The notes: a model not told the origin generated them from the letters alone. A stretch of DNA of 64,000 bases from Macrostomum lignano (GCA_002269645.1 NIVC01001374.1:62001-126000), one strand, 5' to 3'; counted from the first letter of the stretch, positions 1-13,510 are shown. A program made the numbers and translations.

Positions 1-576
1 ACTGTTGCCCTTTAGTGCTAGTTGGATATTATAATTTGCCTTCTATCGGTAATATAACTACTATTATTTGGAAAATATACAATTGCTTTACTTTTCTATT
101 GGTGAGATCTTGTTAATCTTGTTTAACTAAGCAACCATTTACCGAAACAATTTTTTTGAATTATTAATTTCAGCTTATCTGTGCCCCTAGGTACTCGGTA
201 GTATTTTAGGCTTAGAAACTGTGCTTATGTACTTGTAGCTAATAAGAAAGCATATAGCATACATATTATAGAACACACAAATATCTATACTGATAAGTAG
301 GTTTACCCTAGCTGATTAATAGTAAACCTCTGATAATGGTTCCTAGTACAAAAGGAATTAAAATTCGCACAGCCTACTTATGTTGTAAACCATTTTCTCA
401 GTCGTACAAACAAAATAAAGTAATGAAAATTCTCGATTCTCTTCATTATTAGATGCTAAATAATGAAAAAAATCTGAAGGATTTCATGAAGCTGGAAGTA
501 TTCTAAATTTTGACTGAATCAAAGTTACTTGAGGATAGCAGTGGCCCATCGAATGAAATGGGTTGCTCTTGCTACC

Positions 577-738
577 TGTCACTGGCAGTCATGTGTCACT
601 GGCAGTCATGTGTCATTGGCAGTCATGTGTCACTGACAGTCATGTGTCACTGGTAGTCAAATGTCTCTGGCAGTCATGTGTCACTGGCAGTCAAATGTCA
701 CTGGTAGTCAAATGTCACTGGCAGTCATGTGTCACTGG
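577..738. repeat. 17-bp minisatellite (GTCACTGGCAGTCATGT)
   Basis: About 9-10 tandem, slightly diverged copies read directly; ORF 563..913 is a by-product. Confidence 0.85.
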
Positions 739-3286
739 CAAAATATTCAAGCTACCGTCAAAAAACCATCAAAGCTTTGTGATTGTGCAAAAAATGACTT
801 CAATTGTTTTATTTGATGTCATTGTGAATAAGCTTTTAGAGTGCAATTTAAGGTGCATTGCTGAGATGATTTTGCCCTTACCCCTAATCGATTTTCTTGA
901 CATACGAGTGTAGGGGGAAACTTTATTAAACAGGGAATATAACCTTGCTCAGTCCCTATGTAAGACGCAGTCTATTTTCATATTTCCTATCTAGACTATA
1001 GCTGCCTAGTCCTATACAGATGGGTGTTGAATTTCCAATTGGCATTGATCCACAGTCGCTTAGGGAAGACTCTCAGCTAGCTACGCTGGTCAAAAATTGA
1101 TCAGCCAGACTTGATAGCTAGCTGACTTGCTGCAAAAAATTCCGGATTTTTGTTTAAATCGGCTGTCATCGTAAGATTAAATCTTATAGAATCTCGTGCT
1201 TTTTGCCTAGCTGTCGCTTGATTTTTTGCTTTTAAGCCGTTTAAGCCGATTTCAAGCAAGATCGTGCAGGCTTTGCGAAAGACAATGATGGCGCACCGAG
1301 ATCAAGTAAAGATCAAATGCTATATTCTCGTAAATGAAGTCACGTAGCTTTACCTCTATTATGCTGGTACTTCAGAACCTTTAGGGGAATCTTTCAGTCT
1401 GAATGTTTGAAATTTTGCAGACTGTTTTTGAGAACAGCCTCAGAAATCTACTCGTATATTAATTAACTGGCTGCTTTAAACACAAAATTGTCAGACTCAA
1501 GGTTTTGAAGCCAATTTTAGGAAAATGTTTTTTTTCGTTTTTTCTCCGTTAATTTCGCTAACAAGGTAGGGTGAGGCATTTTTCATCCACTAAAGCTATA
1601 TTACTTTCATACTTTCACCCAAAAGGGCGCTGAGTACCTCGGAAAGGCTCAATGGGTACTTTTAGCGGAAACGGTTTGTTGTTAGCTGTAGACTATCTTC
1701 TGCACATGTAGTATGATAATCTAACGCAGATAGGAATCAGAAAACGACTGATTTTGAAGCTCTCTAATTGGAAATTAAAGGTTAAATGCATGCTAAAAGT
1801 TTTTTCAAGTCGATCTTGAAGGTGGCGGGAACCAGACCACCAAAGTGGAACTTTTGACAACAACGGAGCGCCTTGATGTCGTTCGACTCGCGGTGAATGA
1901 CGAAATTCTTCATGCTGACTGCCAGGCGAAAGAGCCCAGTTATTCCACCACTATGCGGATGCAGTATAGCTTGAAGCTGGCACCACCAGAGTGAGGCGCT
2001 CGGGGCAGATTCTCGGTGGCCTGTTGGTTGAAGCCCATGCTGGATGATGTCACCAATGGTTAGTTAGTTAAAGGCAGGGGCTGCGTTCACCCTGGCGCAC
2101 TTTAAGCGACATTGTCACACAACCGGCGAGAGGCATTGCTGCCCATTCCGCCGACTCCCCTGAGCAGGCACACATGGGCGCGGATTCGTACGCAGTCATA
2201 CGCACAGGCACACACTCACACAGGAGTGTACAGCGGCCCTAACTTTATTTATCGTTAGGCATGTACACTTCACTGTGCCTTGGAGGTTGGCCCTCAAGAC
2301 CGTTAAAACTGCACCCAAGCCGAGATTCTAATTTAACCGGGAGTACGAACTTTGCCAGCCGGAAAGTTTCCAGCTAAAGTTCGAAGGCAAAGCTCGTAGA
2401 CCCAATTTAGCACCAAATCAATGTGACTGCACTTGGAATCGAGCCTGGGCCGCTTGCACATCAGAGCGCCGCGCTAGAGGCCACTGGACTACGATTAAAC
2501 TTAGAATTTGCAAGCCTCGTAAAAATTCCATCTAGATTTAACATTAAAATCCGTGTCGACTTTTCAGTAGTCCATGGGTGAGTATTAATCAACCGATGCA
2601 ACTTCTGCTAGGAATCGTGACAATTACAGGGGAAATTCATTAACAAAAGTGTTCTTTGATACAAGTTCAGTTCTTTCTAGAAAAAGTTGCACTTTTCAGT
2701 ACTGTGCTAGTCAACGCGTTAACTAAGAAGCCATGCAGTTTGTGCGTGTTAGAGTGTGTTTAATATGAAATTTGAAACTACTTTCCATTGTCACATTCGC
2801 ATATATCTGCTCGAGTTTCAAATTTATACTGACAAAACATTCCGGAAAAAAAATTAATAATTACTCGTACCCTCGTGTAAGGGTCATCAAATATGGGGGA
2901 TGTCAGGCGACACTTAAGGACCGCCTGCTGGGCGCCAAAATGGCTTTCTGCCAACAGCATTTATTTTATGCCTTGCTATTAAATTATTTGTGAAAGGTCC
3001 ATGCAGAGCCCAGGAACTATTGGCTAATGCAGCAGTCTCTCGTAGCCGAATTCATTATATTTTATAGCCCCTTTTATTTGCTGCCGCATTGGTGGTGGCT
3101 CACAAATCAGACAGGCGCATAAAGTTTACAATTACCCTCTCAGTTTTCAGACTGCAGTTCAGTGTTCAGAGATGGATCCCTCGGAAAATTTGCGTGTAAG
3201 CTACTTTTGTTAAACAGAAAAATAAGAAGCATTTTAGGTGTATTGATAAGAGTAAGACGATACTCCTGTATTGGCTCTTTACGTCC

Positions 3287-4217
3287 CCCACCCAAGCTGA
3301 ACCCCTCCAGCCACGACTTTGCACATGGAATCTCTTACCCCACCCAAGCTGAACCCCTCCAGCCACGACTTTGCACATAGAATCTCTTACCCCACCCAAG
3401 CTGAACCCCTCCAGCCACGATTTTGCACATCTAGAATCTCTTACCCCACCCAAGCTGAACCCCTCCAGCCACGATTTTGCACATAGAATCTCTTACCCCA
3501 CCCAAGCTGAACCCCTCCAGCCACGACTTTGCACATCTAGAATCTCTTATCCCACCCAAGCTGAACCCCTCCAGCCACGACTTTGCACATCTAGAATCTC
3601 TTATCCCACCCAAGCTGAACCCCTCCAGCCACGATTTTGCACATCTCGAATCTCTTATCCCACCCTAGCTGAACCCCTCCAGCCACGATTTTGCACATCT
3701 AGAATCTCTTATCCCACCCAAGCTGAACCCCTCCAGCCACGACTTTGCACATCTAGAATCTCTTATCCCACCCAAGCTGAACCCCTCCAGCCACGATTTT
3801 GCACATCTAGAATCTCTTATCCCACCCTAGCTGAACCCCTCCAGCCACGACTTTGCACATCTAGAATCTCTTATCCCACCCTAGCTGAACCCCTCCAGCC
3901 ACGATTTTGCACATCTAGAATCTCTTATCCCACCCTAGCTGAACCCCTCCAGCCACGATTTTGCACATCTAGAATCTCTTATCCCACCCAAGCTGAACCC
4001 CTCCAGCCACGATTTTGCACATCTAGAATCTCTTATCCCACCCAAGCTGAACCCCTCCAGCCACGATTTTGCACATCTAGAATCTCTTACCCCACCCTAG
4101 CTGAACCCCTCCAACCGCGACTTTGCACATAGAATCTCTTACCCCCAAGCTGAACCCCTCCAACCGCGACTTTGCACATAGAATCTCTTACCCCCAGCTG
4201 AACCCCTCCAACCGCGC
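3287..4217. repeat. 54-bp minisatellite (some 52-bp copies)
   Basis: Unit CCCACCCAAGCTGAACCCCTCCAGCCACGA(C/T)TTTGCACATCTAGAATCTCTTAT, about 17 copies; it produces the 18-aa periodic ORFs. Confidence 0.95.
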
Positions 4218-5260
4218 CTGAGGACATAAAATCTCAACCCCCTCTCCCTCGGTGTTTTTCAGCCTAAAGCTGCCATGTATACAGTTCAGAGGTGCACTGG
4301 CTAATGTGCATTGAGGCTGAACCCATATGTCCCTATAGCAATTTTTTATTTCGTCTGTTAGCTTGGAATCCTACTCGTATCTTATCAGAGTGCCATTTTA
4401 ATAGCCTCTATATTTATTATAAATAGCTTTATTAATCATAAACTCTTTCCTTGCTACTGAACTGAAAGTAGAAAACTGTTTACTAAGTATTATATAATAT
4501 GCCTAAGTGGCTCATCTAGTTAGCTATTTTAGTATTTTTGACTGGACTGACCCCACCAGCGGTCCCAGGAGGAATAGGAGCAGCATGTTGAGCCTGCACG
4601 CCCTTTCTCCACTCCATTCGCAACTACTTTGAAGACTAAATCGAAATTACATTAATCCACTTAACCAGTCGTTCTATATAGATCTCTTCCATTTTTTACT
4701 TCATCTCGTCCTTGCAATATCCAGTTTACAGCGGGTTGCACTTAGTGGATCGGAATCCCCGGGGATCCTGAAATTGGGCTCGAATCCCCGGGACCAAATT
4801 TAGTTTTTTCACGAAAAAAGTGTCAAATGTTTTTCATGAAATTTGCGCCTACAATATCGTGGTTAAGAAATCGCTCAATGCTCATCAGATTAAATATTCG
4901 AGAAACATTCTTTTTGATAAAGTTCTAGCAGAACTTTTTGACTATGAATGCCATTCCGATTGGAATCAAATGATGATAGATTGCATCATAAGCTCCGACT
5001 TGAATTGCGTAACTACAGTTGGGTTCGCGAGGAAAGGCTCAATTCTCGCGAGATCTCGCGAGGGGTCTCGCGAGAATCTGTGTGTAACTCGTTCGTCATT
5101 GGCTGAGCCATTAACTGGGGAGAGTAAGATTGAGCGCTGTTTGGGGTGGGTTGTTTATTGAGGTTGCCCGCTTTTTCGGCGTCCACCTTAACAGTTTCTC
5201 ATAGTTTTTTATGGCAAACCCTTTCTTGTTTTTCCCCATCGAAAATACATTGTCTGACAC

Positions 5261-5425
5261 CAGGGTCGGATCCAGAGGGGGGCCAAGGGGGCCATGGCCG
5301 CGGCCAAAGAATTTTTGATCATACTTTTTTGGCCTGCTACTAAGCCAGGTCTACTTTCCAATATGGGGTTGTAGTGTTTGGTATAGCTTGCCCCCCCCCT
5401 CAAAAATTTTGTGGATCTGCGCCTG
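5261..5425. mobile_element. hAT-type MITE nested in the Tc1-like element
   Basis: Exact 8-bp TSD TCTGACAC (5253-5260, 5426-5433); imperfect TIRs CAGGGTCGGATCCA / TGGATCTGCGCCTG; 165 bp, non-coding. Confidence 0.8.
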
Positions 5426-6815
5426 TCTGACACAGCTAATAGGAAGACTAACAGCAATTTCACGAAGCTTGCAAATGGAGATTGGACGTCGCCTGACGGA
5501 CAAGCAACGTATTGATCTCCTGTCAAAGTTTTACTTAGAGAAAAGAAGTGTAGCTTAAATTAGTAGCGAAATTCAGGTCTCCCGGCGTGCCATCAGGCGC
5601 CATCCTACTCTGTCAAGGACAAAAATTAGCAAGGATAAAATCTGCCCCGAAAATGGGGGCTTCATCGATGCGCTGCTTGACGCCACTAATGGCCAAGTTT
5701 CAGCTCAAGACTTGTGCAATAGGGTGACATTAAAGTTTGGTTTGCGCCTTTCTATCTGCACAATGAAGAGAATTCGGCGACTGCGGGTTGGGTTCGAACA
5801 ACAACACAGTATTGCCAGATGATCAAGTTGAAAAATAAACCCATTCGGCTATTATGTGGACCCACTTCAAGAATCATCTGGACAAGAAGATCAAGCCAAA
5901 GACGGAGCAAGCACTGGCCGATGGAATTGAAGAATTCTGGAAGCTACTGGCTGTTCAGATGTGCAACAAATTTATAGATAATATTTTTCCGTACTGCCCG
6001 CTGTCATGTTACAGTCAGGACTTCCCTCAGGATTTTAAGCTTGTTTGCCTGCTTCTTGTTTGTAACACGGGGACTCTCAGCTACGCTCGTAGTTTGCTCG
6101 GTGCGGGGCCATGGGGTGGGTGTTCTCGGAGCTAAGGCACCCTCTTGTTGGTGTATACCGACAGGCAGTTTTACTACCCAGTCCTATATTAGCCGCTTTG
6201 AGGCAAAGCAAGCTATGATGCTCGCCCTTCTCCGTTTCAATCCTTCACCAGGGTATGAGTCATTTATTTGTCCACAGAGCCTCTATTTTACGATAGTCCG
6301 AATAGAGTATTCTAATAGTCCGAAGTCAGCCAAGCCTCTTATTCTCTGAACAAATGGGGAATGAGGATCAAACTATAACAGTCTACTGCAAATACCGTGC
6401 TCCATGGTTTAGACTTTGGGACTTCGAAAAGGTGGGCGGGGTGGCTGTCAATTCAAGCTTGAATGAGCAGAGTTAATTTATGGTCACACTGTCGTCAAGC
6501 CCCTTTTCTCCTTATGCGCATTGATTGTGACTAGTTGTGGATCGTTACACACAAGCCAACCCTATAGAGTAAATTTTTTTCAATTTAGGCCTACTGGTAC
6601 GATTGAAAAGCAGACTATAGTCTAAATAACTGACTGGCTTGCATCGTGATAAAAATATATTTATAACAGCTCACCTTAAAAGTCACATATCGTTATCTTT
6701 TGTCAGGCTTTTTCAGTTCCAACTTTTGGCCTATTATTGTTTCGGTTTGTATAGCGATAAAAACAGCACGGAAAGAACTCACTATAATGACTTAGCTTGC
6801 AAATTAACTTCAATC

Positions 6816-7090
6816 ACTCACCCACTCGCTCACACTCACTCACTCGCTCACACTCACCCACTCGCTCACACTCACCCACTCGCTCACACTCACTCACTCG
6901 CTCACACTCACCCACTCGCTCACACTCACCCACTCGCTCACACTCACCCACTCGCTCACAATCACTCACTCGCTCACACTCACCCACTCGCTCACACTCA
7001 CCCACTCGCTCACACTCACCCACTCGCTCACACTCACTCAGTCGCTCACACTCACTCAGTCGCTCACAATCACTCACTCGCTCACACTCA
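6816..7090. repeat. 18-bp minisatellite (CACTCGCTCACACTCACC)
   Basis: About 15 copies inside the Tc1-like element; source of the AHTH-repeat ORFs. Confidence 0.9.
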
Positions 7091-8100
7091 CGAAGTTCGA
7101 GATAGGGTTTTTAGTTAAGCTTTCTTATTTTAGGTGTATATTGTAAAACATTTTGTTTTACAAGACGAACTGTCGGCAGATAAATGAACTGGAAACCCTT
7201 GACGGTGCACAGACTGCACACTATATTATCCCTCCATTGTCATGTTGCTCACTACTTATTTTGTAATTAACATTGTAAACTGCAATAAAAAAACGCAAAT
7301 TTTTCACTTCGCTGGAATTAATGAATTTTTTTACATTAATGTTAACATCAAAGTACTCATTGCTGTTATTCAACAAAAATCTCAAAATTCTAATTTAAAA
7401 TTAATTGTATAACGATTACGAGAATCTTAGTATGCAACTTTCTAGGCAACAATTTTCACTGCTTTGAGACGATTTATATAACTACACTCCGAAATATATC
7501 AAGCAAATCTCTGTGAGCTCGTACGAGCCCTGGACCCCCCATTTCGCACACCATGCATGCACCAACCCCAATTATCCCCATCCCCAGGGGGTTTTCTCTC
7601 TCGATTCAGCCTACAAGCTCAATAAACGCTCAGCCAATGGAGAGAGAGTTACACACAGATTCTCGCGAAATCTCGCGAGGGTCTCGCGAGATTTGAGCCT
7701 TTCCTCGCGAACCCAACTGTATAACAGAATCTGGTAACATAGCAGAATACTGCATGTATTTCAAATTAGACTTGATTTAGATTGTATTACCATATATATA
7801 GTTAACTTTATTTAATGGAAACTGATACAGACTGACTAAAAAATTGATTATGTTAAACTCCTTCCTGTGACTTTTCTCTAGCCGAGTTAAGGCAAGCACT
7901 AATTGATGTAGATGTCTAGATGTGAACAGACTGAATTGCTAATATAAGCAGCACCTGGGTTCGAATTTTGATCCTGTGATTAAATATTACTAATAAAAGT
8001 ATTTTTCGAACGGAAGCCACCTGAATCAAATCAAATTAAAGAAACTAAATAAAAGAGTCGCCATGTCAACCATAAACTCATAAGGAATTGCCAAGATGTC

Positions 8101-8409
8101 AAGGCTCATTGTGTGAATTGCTGAAATTCTTAAGGCTCATTGTGTGAATTGCTGAAATTCTCAAGGCTCATTGTGTGAATTGCTGAAATTCTCAAGGCTC
8201 ATTGTGTGAATTGCTGAAATTCTCAAGGCTCATTGTGTGAATTGCTGAAATTCTCAAGGCTCATTGTGTGAATTGCTGAAATTCTCAAGGCTCATTGTGT
8301 GAATTGCTGAAATTCTCAAGGCTCATTGTGTGAATTGCTGAAATTCTCAAGGCTCATTGTGTGAATTGCTGAAATTCTCAAGGCTCATTGTGTGAATTGC
8401 TGAAATTCT
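8101..8409. repeat. 31-bp minisatellite (AAGGCTCATTGTGTGAATTGCTGAAATTCTC)
   Basis: About 10 nearly identical copies. Confidence 0.95.
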
Positions 8410-9495
8410 GTGGCAATGTCCTTTGCTGAGATGCCAAGGGTCAATGGGAGTTGTTGGTAGGCCAAAAAGTCAAAGGGAGGGTTAGGGTTAAGCCATGGCT
8501 TAAAAGGAAGCTTTGATGCCAAAGCTCAAAACTTTTTTTCTTTTTTGCTTTGCATAATATTTTCTTTTAAAAACTAATAATAGTGGCTCTTAAAGGTCAA
8601 AAGCTACAAGTAGTTTACTCAAAGTTTTACTCGTTTCTTTGCTGCCGCCCCAACAGGAGGGGGTATAGATTGCTAGTCATCAACGCTTAAAAGAAAACCA
8701 ATTTTGAATGCCGTTTGTTGTTGCTGTAAGCTCTTTTTTGGCCGTTTTTAGTTGCTAAAGATTTAGATATATAGCTTACTAAAATCTCGACTTAAAAGCA
8801 GAACAAATATGCATTTTTGTTTTGCTTTCATCATACTAATTGCCTCTTAATAGTATATTATTACCCAGGCTTTGCGGGAGATAATGAGGAATCCCTCGGG
8901 CGCCTTCCGGCCAAATTCCAGCTGTTCTTATCTCTGTAGTGTATTCTTCGGCGCCATCTGGCTTTCTCATTTATCTCCCTTTAAAGCCTGGGAAATACTG
9001 TGATTTGTACCATAAACTATATGTGCCTGAGTTGTACGAGCGCATGAGCTGCATTGATAAATATGGGCGCGGCAGGGGGTGTGGGTGTCAACCATAGACG
9101 TAATGATTTAATAGGTAACCGGCCAATTCACTGAGTAACCAGTTCAATTATACGGCACAGACAGACAGATAGACAGACAGGCAGACAGACAGACAGCAGC
9201 ATTATAACATGGGCACAACCGCGCACTTTTTACCGATGACATTTTATTTTCGACCCGAAAGGACGACCGATCAGCACTCCATTCTTCGTAGTGTTGGCCC
9301 GAGGGCCGCTGCCCTCCAGCGCGGTCAATCCAGTAAAGACAAAAAAGCGGGACTAAAATTGAACAATTTTTCTATCAAAACTGGCTATGGTAAAAAACAG
9401 CAGTCATTCAATTAAATTGATAAAAATGCATTATATTCAGGACTTGTTTTATGTTTGAAAATAATTCTAAAGGAATGCTAAAAATAGAAAATGTA

Positions 9496-9903
9496 CAAGG
9501 GGCTTTAGCACCAAGGGGCTTTAGCATCAAGGGGCTTTAGCACCAAGGGGCTTTAGCATCAAGGGGCTTTAGCATCAAGGGGCTTTAGCATCAAGGGGCT
9601 TTAGCATCAAGGGGCTTTAGCATCAAGGGGCTTTAGCATCAAGGGGCTTTAGCATCAAGGGGCTTTAGCATCAAGGGGCTTTAGCATCAAGGGGCTTTAG
9701 CATCAAGGGGCTTTAGCATCAAGGGGCTTTAGCATCAAGGGGCTTTAGCATCAAGGGGCTTTAGCATCAAGGGGCTTTAGCATCAAGGGGCTTTAGCATC
9801 AAGGGGCTTTAGCACCAAGGGGCTTTAGCACCAAGGGGCTCTAGCATCAAGGGGCTTTAGCACCAAGGGGCTTTAGCATCAAGGGGCTTTAGCATCAAGG
9901 GGG
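9496..9903. repeat. 16-bp minisatellite (CAAGGGGCTTTAGCAT)
   Basis: About 25 nearly identical copies. Confidence 0.95.
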
Positions 9904-10296
9904 CTGCGGTTCCCGCCCTTCTGTCCCCCCCCCGGTTACGCGCCCCTGTAATATTTTACAGTTGACAACTAATGAATTAGTTCTATGATTTCTTTCGAAA
10001 CTGAAAGCTGGAAAGCAAAAATAAATATTTTGTTTCAGCAAAATTTCAAAGCTTGTCGGCTACTGCGACAAGCATACAAGTGCTAAGATAAAGCAAAATT
10101 TGCTTTATTTAAACAAAATTTTGAATAAAAAAATTGAATTACGAATTTCCTGCTCAAGAAACAAAAGAGATTTATAGCTGCTTTTCCTGTGTCTGTTACT
10201 ATAAGCAGTTGCATTGTCTGCTTTCAGTGGCGAGAGATCACTATTGAAGTACTTATGGTTGTCTCGGGGTTGTCTCGAGGTGGCCTGGTAGTCTAT

Positions 10297-11176
10297 GAAT
10301 CCCACCGCTGCCACCAATGAAGTAGAACGCTGTCTGCTTCCCGGTTAGGCACTTAAGATTACCTTCAGACTCGAGCCTCTTCAGTGGGAAGTTCTCTTAA
10401 CTCTCAGTAGCGTAGGTAGTGCTGCCACCAGTTCCTTCAGGTCTCGGCCTTCTGTGAGGTGAGCTTCCCGTCGGAACGAAATAACGAAGTCAACGAACAC
10501 AGCACCGGGTGCAGATTTGCAGCTCAACGTAAAGGCGTCTCGTCAGCAGCACCTGCCGGGCTTGGTTGGTATGGGAGGGCTGAGTTAGCCTCTCGTAGGC
10601 TTGGGGTTTGCTTTAGAAAGGTCTCAGTCAGACCAGCACAAGCAGATTTAGTGTACGCAAAAAGGGTACTTAGTTCAGTCAATAACGCACGCGGGCTCTT
10701 AGAAGTTTAGAGGCAAGCAAAGACTCCGGCAAAGACTCCTTGACGGAAACAAGGAGGAGAGGGGTCCTATTTATAGCCGGGATTCTCCCGCGCGCAAGAC
10801 CTCGTGACTCGTTCTATTTTTAGAACTGACGTCACTTGAGGTCTCCGGCAAGAGTACATTCGGCTGTGACTCAGTTGCTATTTTTAGCAACATGAGTCAC
10901 TCCTCTCCTTAGAGAAGGGAGGGGTCCGAAAGCACGTGATTCTCCCGGTAAACAGGGCCAACGAGCGCAGTAAACATGTTTACTGCACTTTAAGACTCCA
11001 AGAACGAGAAGCTGAGGGCTGAGAACAGAGACGCAGAAGGGCAGAACAGGCCAAGGGGAGCAACAGACGGGCCAGGGGGCGGGAAGCTGACCAGCGGCAG
11101 ACAGCAACCCAGGGCGAGGGCGAGGGGGACTGCTGACAAAGGGGAACGCCAAACACTAAACTAGCGGCTCACTACA
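10297..11176 (-). mobile_element. Orphan LTR (about 10318-11176) with tRNA-Leu primer-binding site; truncated LTR retrotransposon
   Basis: On the minus strand the segment starts TGTAGTGAGCCGC (11176), contains CTATAAATAG (~10770) and ends ...CTACTTCA (10318). One nt later comes TGGTGGCAGCGGTGGGATTC (10316-10297), complementary to the 3' end of tRNA-Leu plus CCA. No partner LTR or gag/pol ORF follows. Confidence 0.6.
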
Positions 11177-11700
11177 CTTTCAGATGTATGTTCGATGCTA
11201 GGCCGTAGATTTCATTAAAAAACCTTGCATTCTCGATCTGTCTACTGCACTGTATTAGTTAAGAGATTGGAGAAAGACATGGGCCTATCGTATATTACAG
11301 GTATTGTAACACGAGTCAGCGTGCATTAACGAGCGCATCCATGACTAGAGCCAGAATTCAGTTAACTACTAAAATAGCAGGCTTTTCTGGAATGGATAAC
11401 CGTTACGTGTAGCTATGGTAAAATCGGGTAATGCGATTCCTTAAAAAAGGTTTTAAACAAGTCAGGATAGTACTGGATAATCCGCTGTATATTGAAACAG
11501 TAAACTTTTATCGGTTGAAACAACTGACACAATATAGATTCCTGAACAAAACTAGATAGCTAGACCCATATGATCATGCTCAAATTTTCTTGATATTTGG
11601 TTTAAGAAAAAGCCTTAAAATTAATTTTTTTAATGTTTCGTAATTTGTAAGTAGTTTACTACTCATGTGACCACTCCCATAGGCCTCTCGGAGGCAGGAG

Positions 11701-11900
11701 TCGTCCGTATATGTGAATGAAGACTGAAGGGTAACCGTTTTGTTGGAGCGTTTTGGTCAGGAGCCTGATCTCTTGGTCAAAGTTGATCCAGGAGTTGCAG
11801 ACGGTATAGCAAGCATCTGATCAGACCAGATTTCCACTGTCTTGGGGGCACACATGGCATGAAAGTTAAGAATGAGATTAGTGAAGCCCATTGTCCAATG
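11701..11900 (-). mobile_element. Penelope-like retroelement RT C-terminal remnant
   Basis: Frameshifted minus-strand pieces LNFHAMCAP / QWKSGLIRCLLYR / YTVCNSWINFDQEIRLLTKTLQQNGYPSVFI match the pattern of the PLE RT thumb region ending in NGYP. Confidence 0.55.
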
Positions 11901-13043
11901 AAGCCAAATGAAGCCCAATAAAGGCATACTGTTGCTATATGTTTCTACGCGCGGGGAAAGGCCAAACGAAATTTTTACACGAGAGCTAGGGAAGAACGTT
12001 GCAACTCGTTGACCATTTTTCTCGTTGACCTGACTGAGACAAAATTTATTGCCGTGAGCACTTTCTTTGAGCCCCGCCTTTTTAATTTTGCTACTTGCTT
12101 TTTGTTTGGAGAAACAAAAGGTAAAAGCAAGCTTGCAATCATACGCTTTATTTTATTAATTGCCTTAGTTAACTGTCTTCCACTATCCAGTTATGCTCAA
12201 CTGATCAATTTATAAGAGTCTTAATCGTAGCTCTGGTAAACACTTACTAATATTTAGCTGTTTTAAGCTACATTCGTAGTTATATATTTAACGAGTGACA
12301 GAGTTGCATTAGCTACGATTATTACAAAGACAACGCCAACAAAGCAAGCTACAAGTGACAATTCAATTATTGAAATTTGTATCGCGTGCATTTACGAGTA
12401 TATATAGCAATAAGCATCATAAAGTGTTCGGTTTGTGTCTGCGTGGCTAAACAAAAGGGACACATATCAGTATAGCTAAGTAATATATGAATCACATTAC
12501 TATTGGGGATATAAAATACTTAAAACTTTACGTATCATTTGAGTAAATTTTGTTATAATCAGATTCTATATTACACTGGATGTGTCACTCCAGCTAATAT
12601 ATTCGCTAATATATTTAACGGCCGTCTCCGAGGCCCCGGAAAAATCTTGGGTTAGGGCCATAGACACTAGTTGCTGCTGCTGCTGCTAATGTTTGAGAGC
12701 AGCCGAGGCTTCAGTCTATGGTCTAAACCCCATAGCGGTACAGAAAATTTGTGGCCTAAGACAGCCCAATCTAAATGTATTACTAGCAACCTAGTGCCCC
12801 CCTTCGGGGCGCCCAATAAGCAAGGAGCAGAATTTATTCATGCAAATCCATTAAAAAAGCACACTTTCTGAGAAACCAATTTCTTATTCAGCTTTATAAA
12901 TCACCTTTTTTTCGAGAAAAATTGTCACGAATGAAGATGTTTGCTATGAATCTCTTTTTTTCTAAAAGTAACAAAAAGACAACAAAAAGCCTTCAAAAAG
13001 ATAAACAGGCATTTCCCCTAAATAGAAAACATCCTCAAGACAG

Positions 13044-13510
13044 CAAGCATCCCAGATAGCAAGCATCCCTCCCAGATAGTAAGCATCCCTCCCAGATAGC
13101 AAGCATCCCTCCCAGATAGCAAGCATCCCTCCCAGATAGCAAGCATCCCTCCCAGATAGCAAGCATCCCTCCCAGATAGCAAGCATCCCTCCCAGATAGC
13201 AAGCATCCCCCAAATAGCAAGCATCCCCAGATAGCAAGCACCCCCTCCGAGAGTAAGCAACCCCAGATAGCAAGCATCCCCCAGAAAGCAAGCATAGCAG
13301 ATAGCAAGCATAGCAAGCAACCCCCAGATAGCAAGCATCCCCCAGATAGCAAGCATAGCAGATAGCAAGCATAGCAAGCAACCCCCAGATAGCAAGCATC
13401 CCCCAGATAGCAAGCATAGCAGATAGCAAGCACCCCCCTCCGAGAGTAAGCAACCCCAGATAGCAAGCATCCCCCTCCGAGAGTAAGCAACCCCAGATAG
13501 CAAGCATCCC
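13044..13510. repeat. ~20-bp minisatellite (CCCAGATAGCAAGCATCCCT) with variant units
   Basis: Direct reading; explains the ORFs at 12962-13609. Confidence 0.9.

Larger units (their letters stand above)
5016..7719 (+). mobile_element. Internally deleted Tc1/mariner-like DNA transposon
   Basis: About 93-bp imperfect TIRs (5016-5108, 7628-7719) start CAGTTGGGTTCGCGAGG and are flanked by TA on both sides (5014-5015, 7720-7721). Transposase-like remnants near 5730-5990 (SICTMKRIRRL...YCQMIKLKNKPIRL, then MWTHFKNHLDKKIKPKTEQALADGIEEFWKLLAVQMCNKFIDNI) resemble the Tc1 N- and C-terminal regions; the DDE core is missing. Confidence 0.8.

Noticed and set aside
1820-2280. GC-rich stretch that might be a decayed retroelement 5' region
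   Set aside because: No PBS, LTR pair or recognisable protein motif.
3160-3205. Candidate micro-exon AG|AGATGGATCCCTCGGAAAATTTGCGT|GTAAGC before the 54-bp array
   Set aside because: Splice-like signals only; no downstream exon with recognisable coding content could be linked.
9062-9948. GGGCGCG...CGCGCCCCTG ends suggesting a hAT MITE around the 16-bp array
   Set aside because: The inverted match is short and no exact TSD could be read.
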